From NCBI GenBank assembly GCA_963705255.1, contig OY970061.1, positions 672,001 through 736,000 of the forward strand: a stretch of DNA of 64,000 bases. Direction: 5' to 3'. A model generated the notes under the pieces. It did not search any database. It was given only the letters and a program-made list of their open reading frames with translations, and was not told the DNA's origin. Shown one piece after another: positions 63,740 to 64,000 of the stretch (its first letter is position 1; every line of letters starts with the position of its first letter). A program made the position numbers and the translations under genes. Source of the stretch: an uncultured Methanoregulaceae archaeon. Its GTDB lineage: Archaea; Halobacteriota; Methanomicrobia; Methanomicrobiales; Methanospirillaceae.

Positions 63740-64000
63740 GAGTAGAGGTGAGAGCGGGTATACCCAGATTCTGTTCCCCGGACCGCCCGCCCCACGATGA
63801 GGAGTGCGGAACGGGTGATGCCGGCGTCCCGTGCTTTCTGTGCAATATCGGCAACCGTTCCGCTGATGATCGTCTGGTCGGGCCAGGATGCATGGTAGAC
63901 GACGACTGCCGGCGTGTCGCGGGGGCAGCTCAGTTTTTTCGTGATCTCCGAGAAATGTCCGCTGCCGAGGAAGAACGCCATCGTGGCCGGGGACTGCGAG
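63736..64000 (-). CDS. cbiF: Cobalt-precorrin-4 C11-methyltransferase, 3' part only
   Basis: TPAVVVYHASWPDQ..GTVADI..ITRSALLIVG..SHLY; upstream of cbiG. Confidence 0.88.
   Translation of the reverse strand, partial: SQSPATMAFFLGSGHFSEITKKLSCPRDTPAVVVYHASWPDQTIISGTVADIAQKARDAGITRSALLIVGRAVRGTESGYTRSHLYS

Noticed and set aside
196-63745. Numerous long antisense or overlapping ORFs (e.g. 196-1335, 29672-31423, 36488-38194, 38861-40192)
   Set aside because: They are shadows of real genes caused by GC-rich codon bias and carry no protein motifs.
1-64000. Transposase, integrase, provirus or defence system
   Set aside because: No ORF with recognisable DDE, tyrosine or serine recombinase, capsid, Cas or restriction-enzyme motifs was seen.

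Overview
Chromosomal window from a GC-rich archaeon, most likely a hydrogenotrophic methanogen of the Methanomicrobiales (Methanoregula-like). The taxonomy is inferred from gene content, TATA-box promoters and archaeal-type tRNAs. Housekeeping content: dnaK-dnaJ, a Trm11-type tRNA methylase, aminotransferases, mscS, hypD, an M42 peptidase, hxlB, pdaD, mutS-mutL-mutY, the anaerobic cobalamin genes cbiF-G-H-C-D-E, tRNA-Thr(GGT) and tRNA-Arg(CCG). The most interesting elements are: (1) an unassigned ~300-nt, almost fully base-paired intergenic element with its own TATA box, + strand G-U pairs and a possible pseudoknot (32748-33060); (2) a locally CODH-less operon with bacterial-type acetyl-CoA synthase, CoFeSP, RACo, a MesB-like core methyltransferase and CooC (35978-44289); (3) ten phased 32-bp palindromic units in two blocks of five (18395-18760), beside an AT-rich islet at the tRNA-Thr 3' end; (4) a dispersed structured 3'-UTR repeat family; (5) a ~4078-aa TPR-only protein; (6) a cytochrome b561-like protein; and (7) a 2H-phosphoesterase/metallophosphoesterase fusion. 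Ten single-base indels in nine genes most likely reflect sequencing or assembly error. All calls were made by eye; no searches or folding programs were run.
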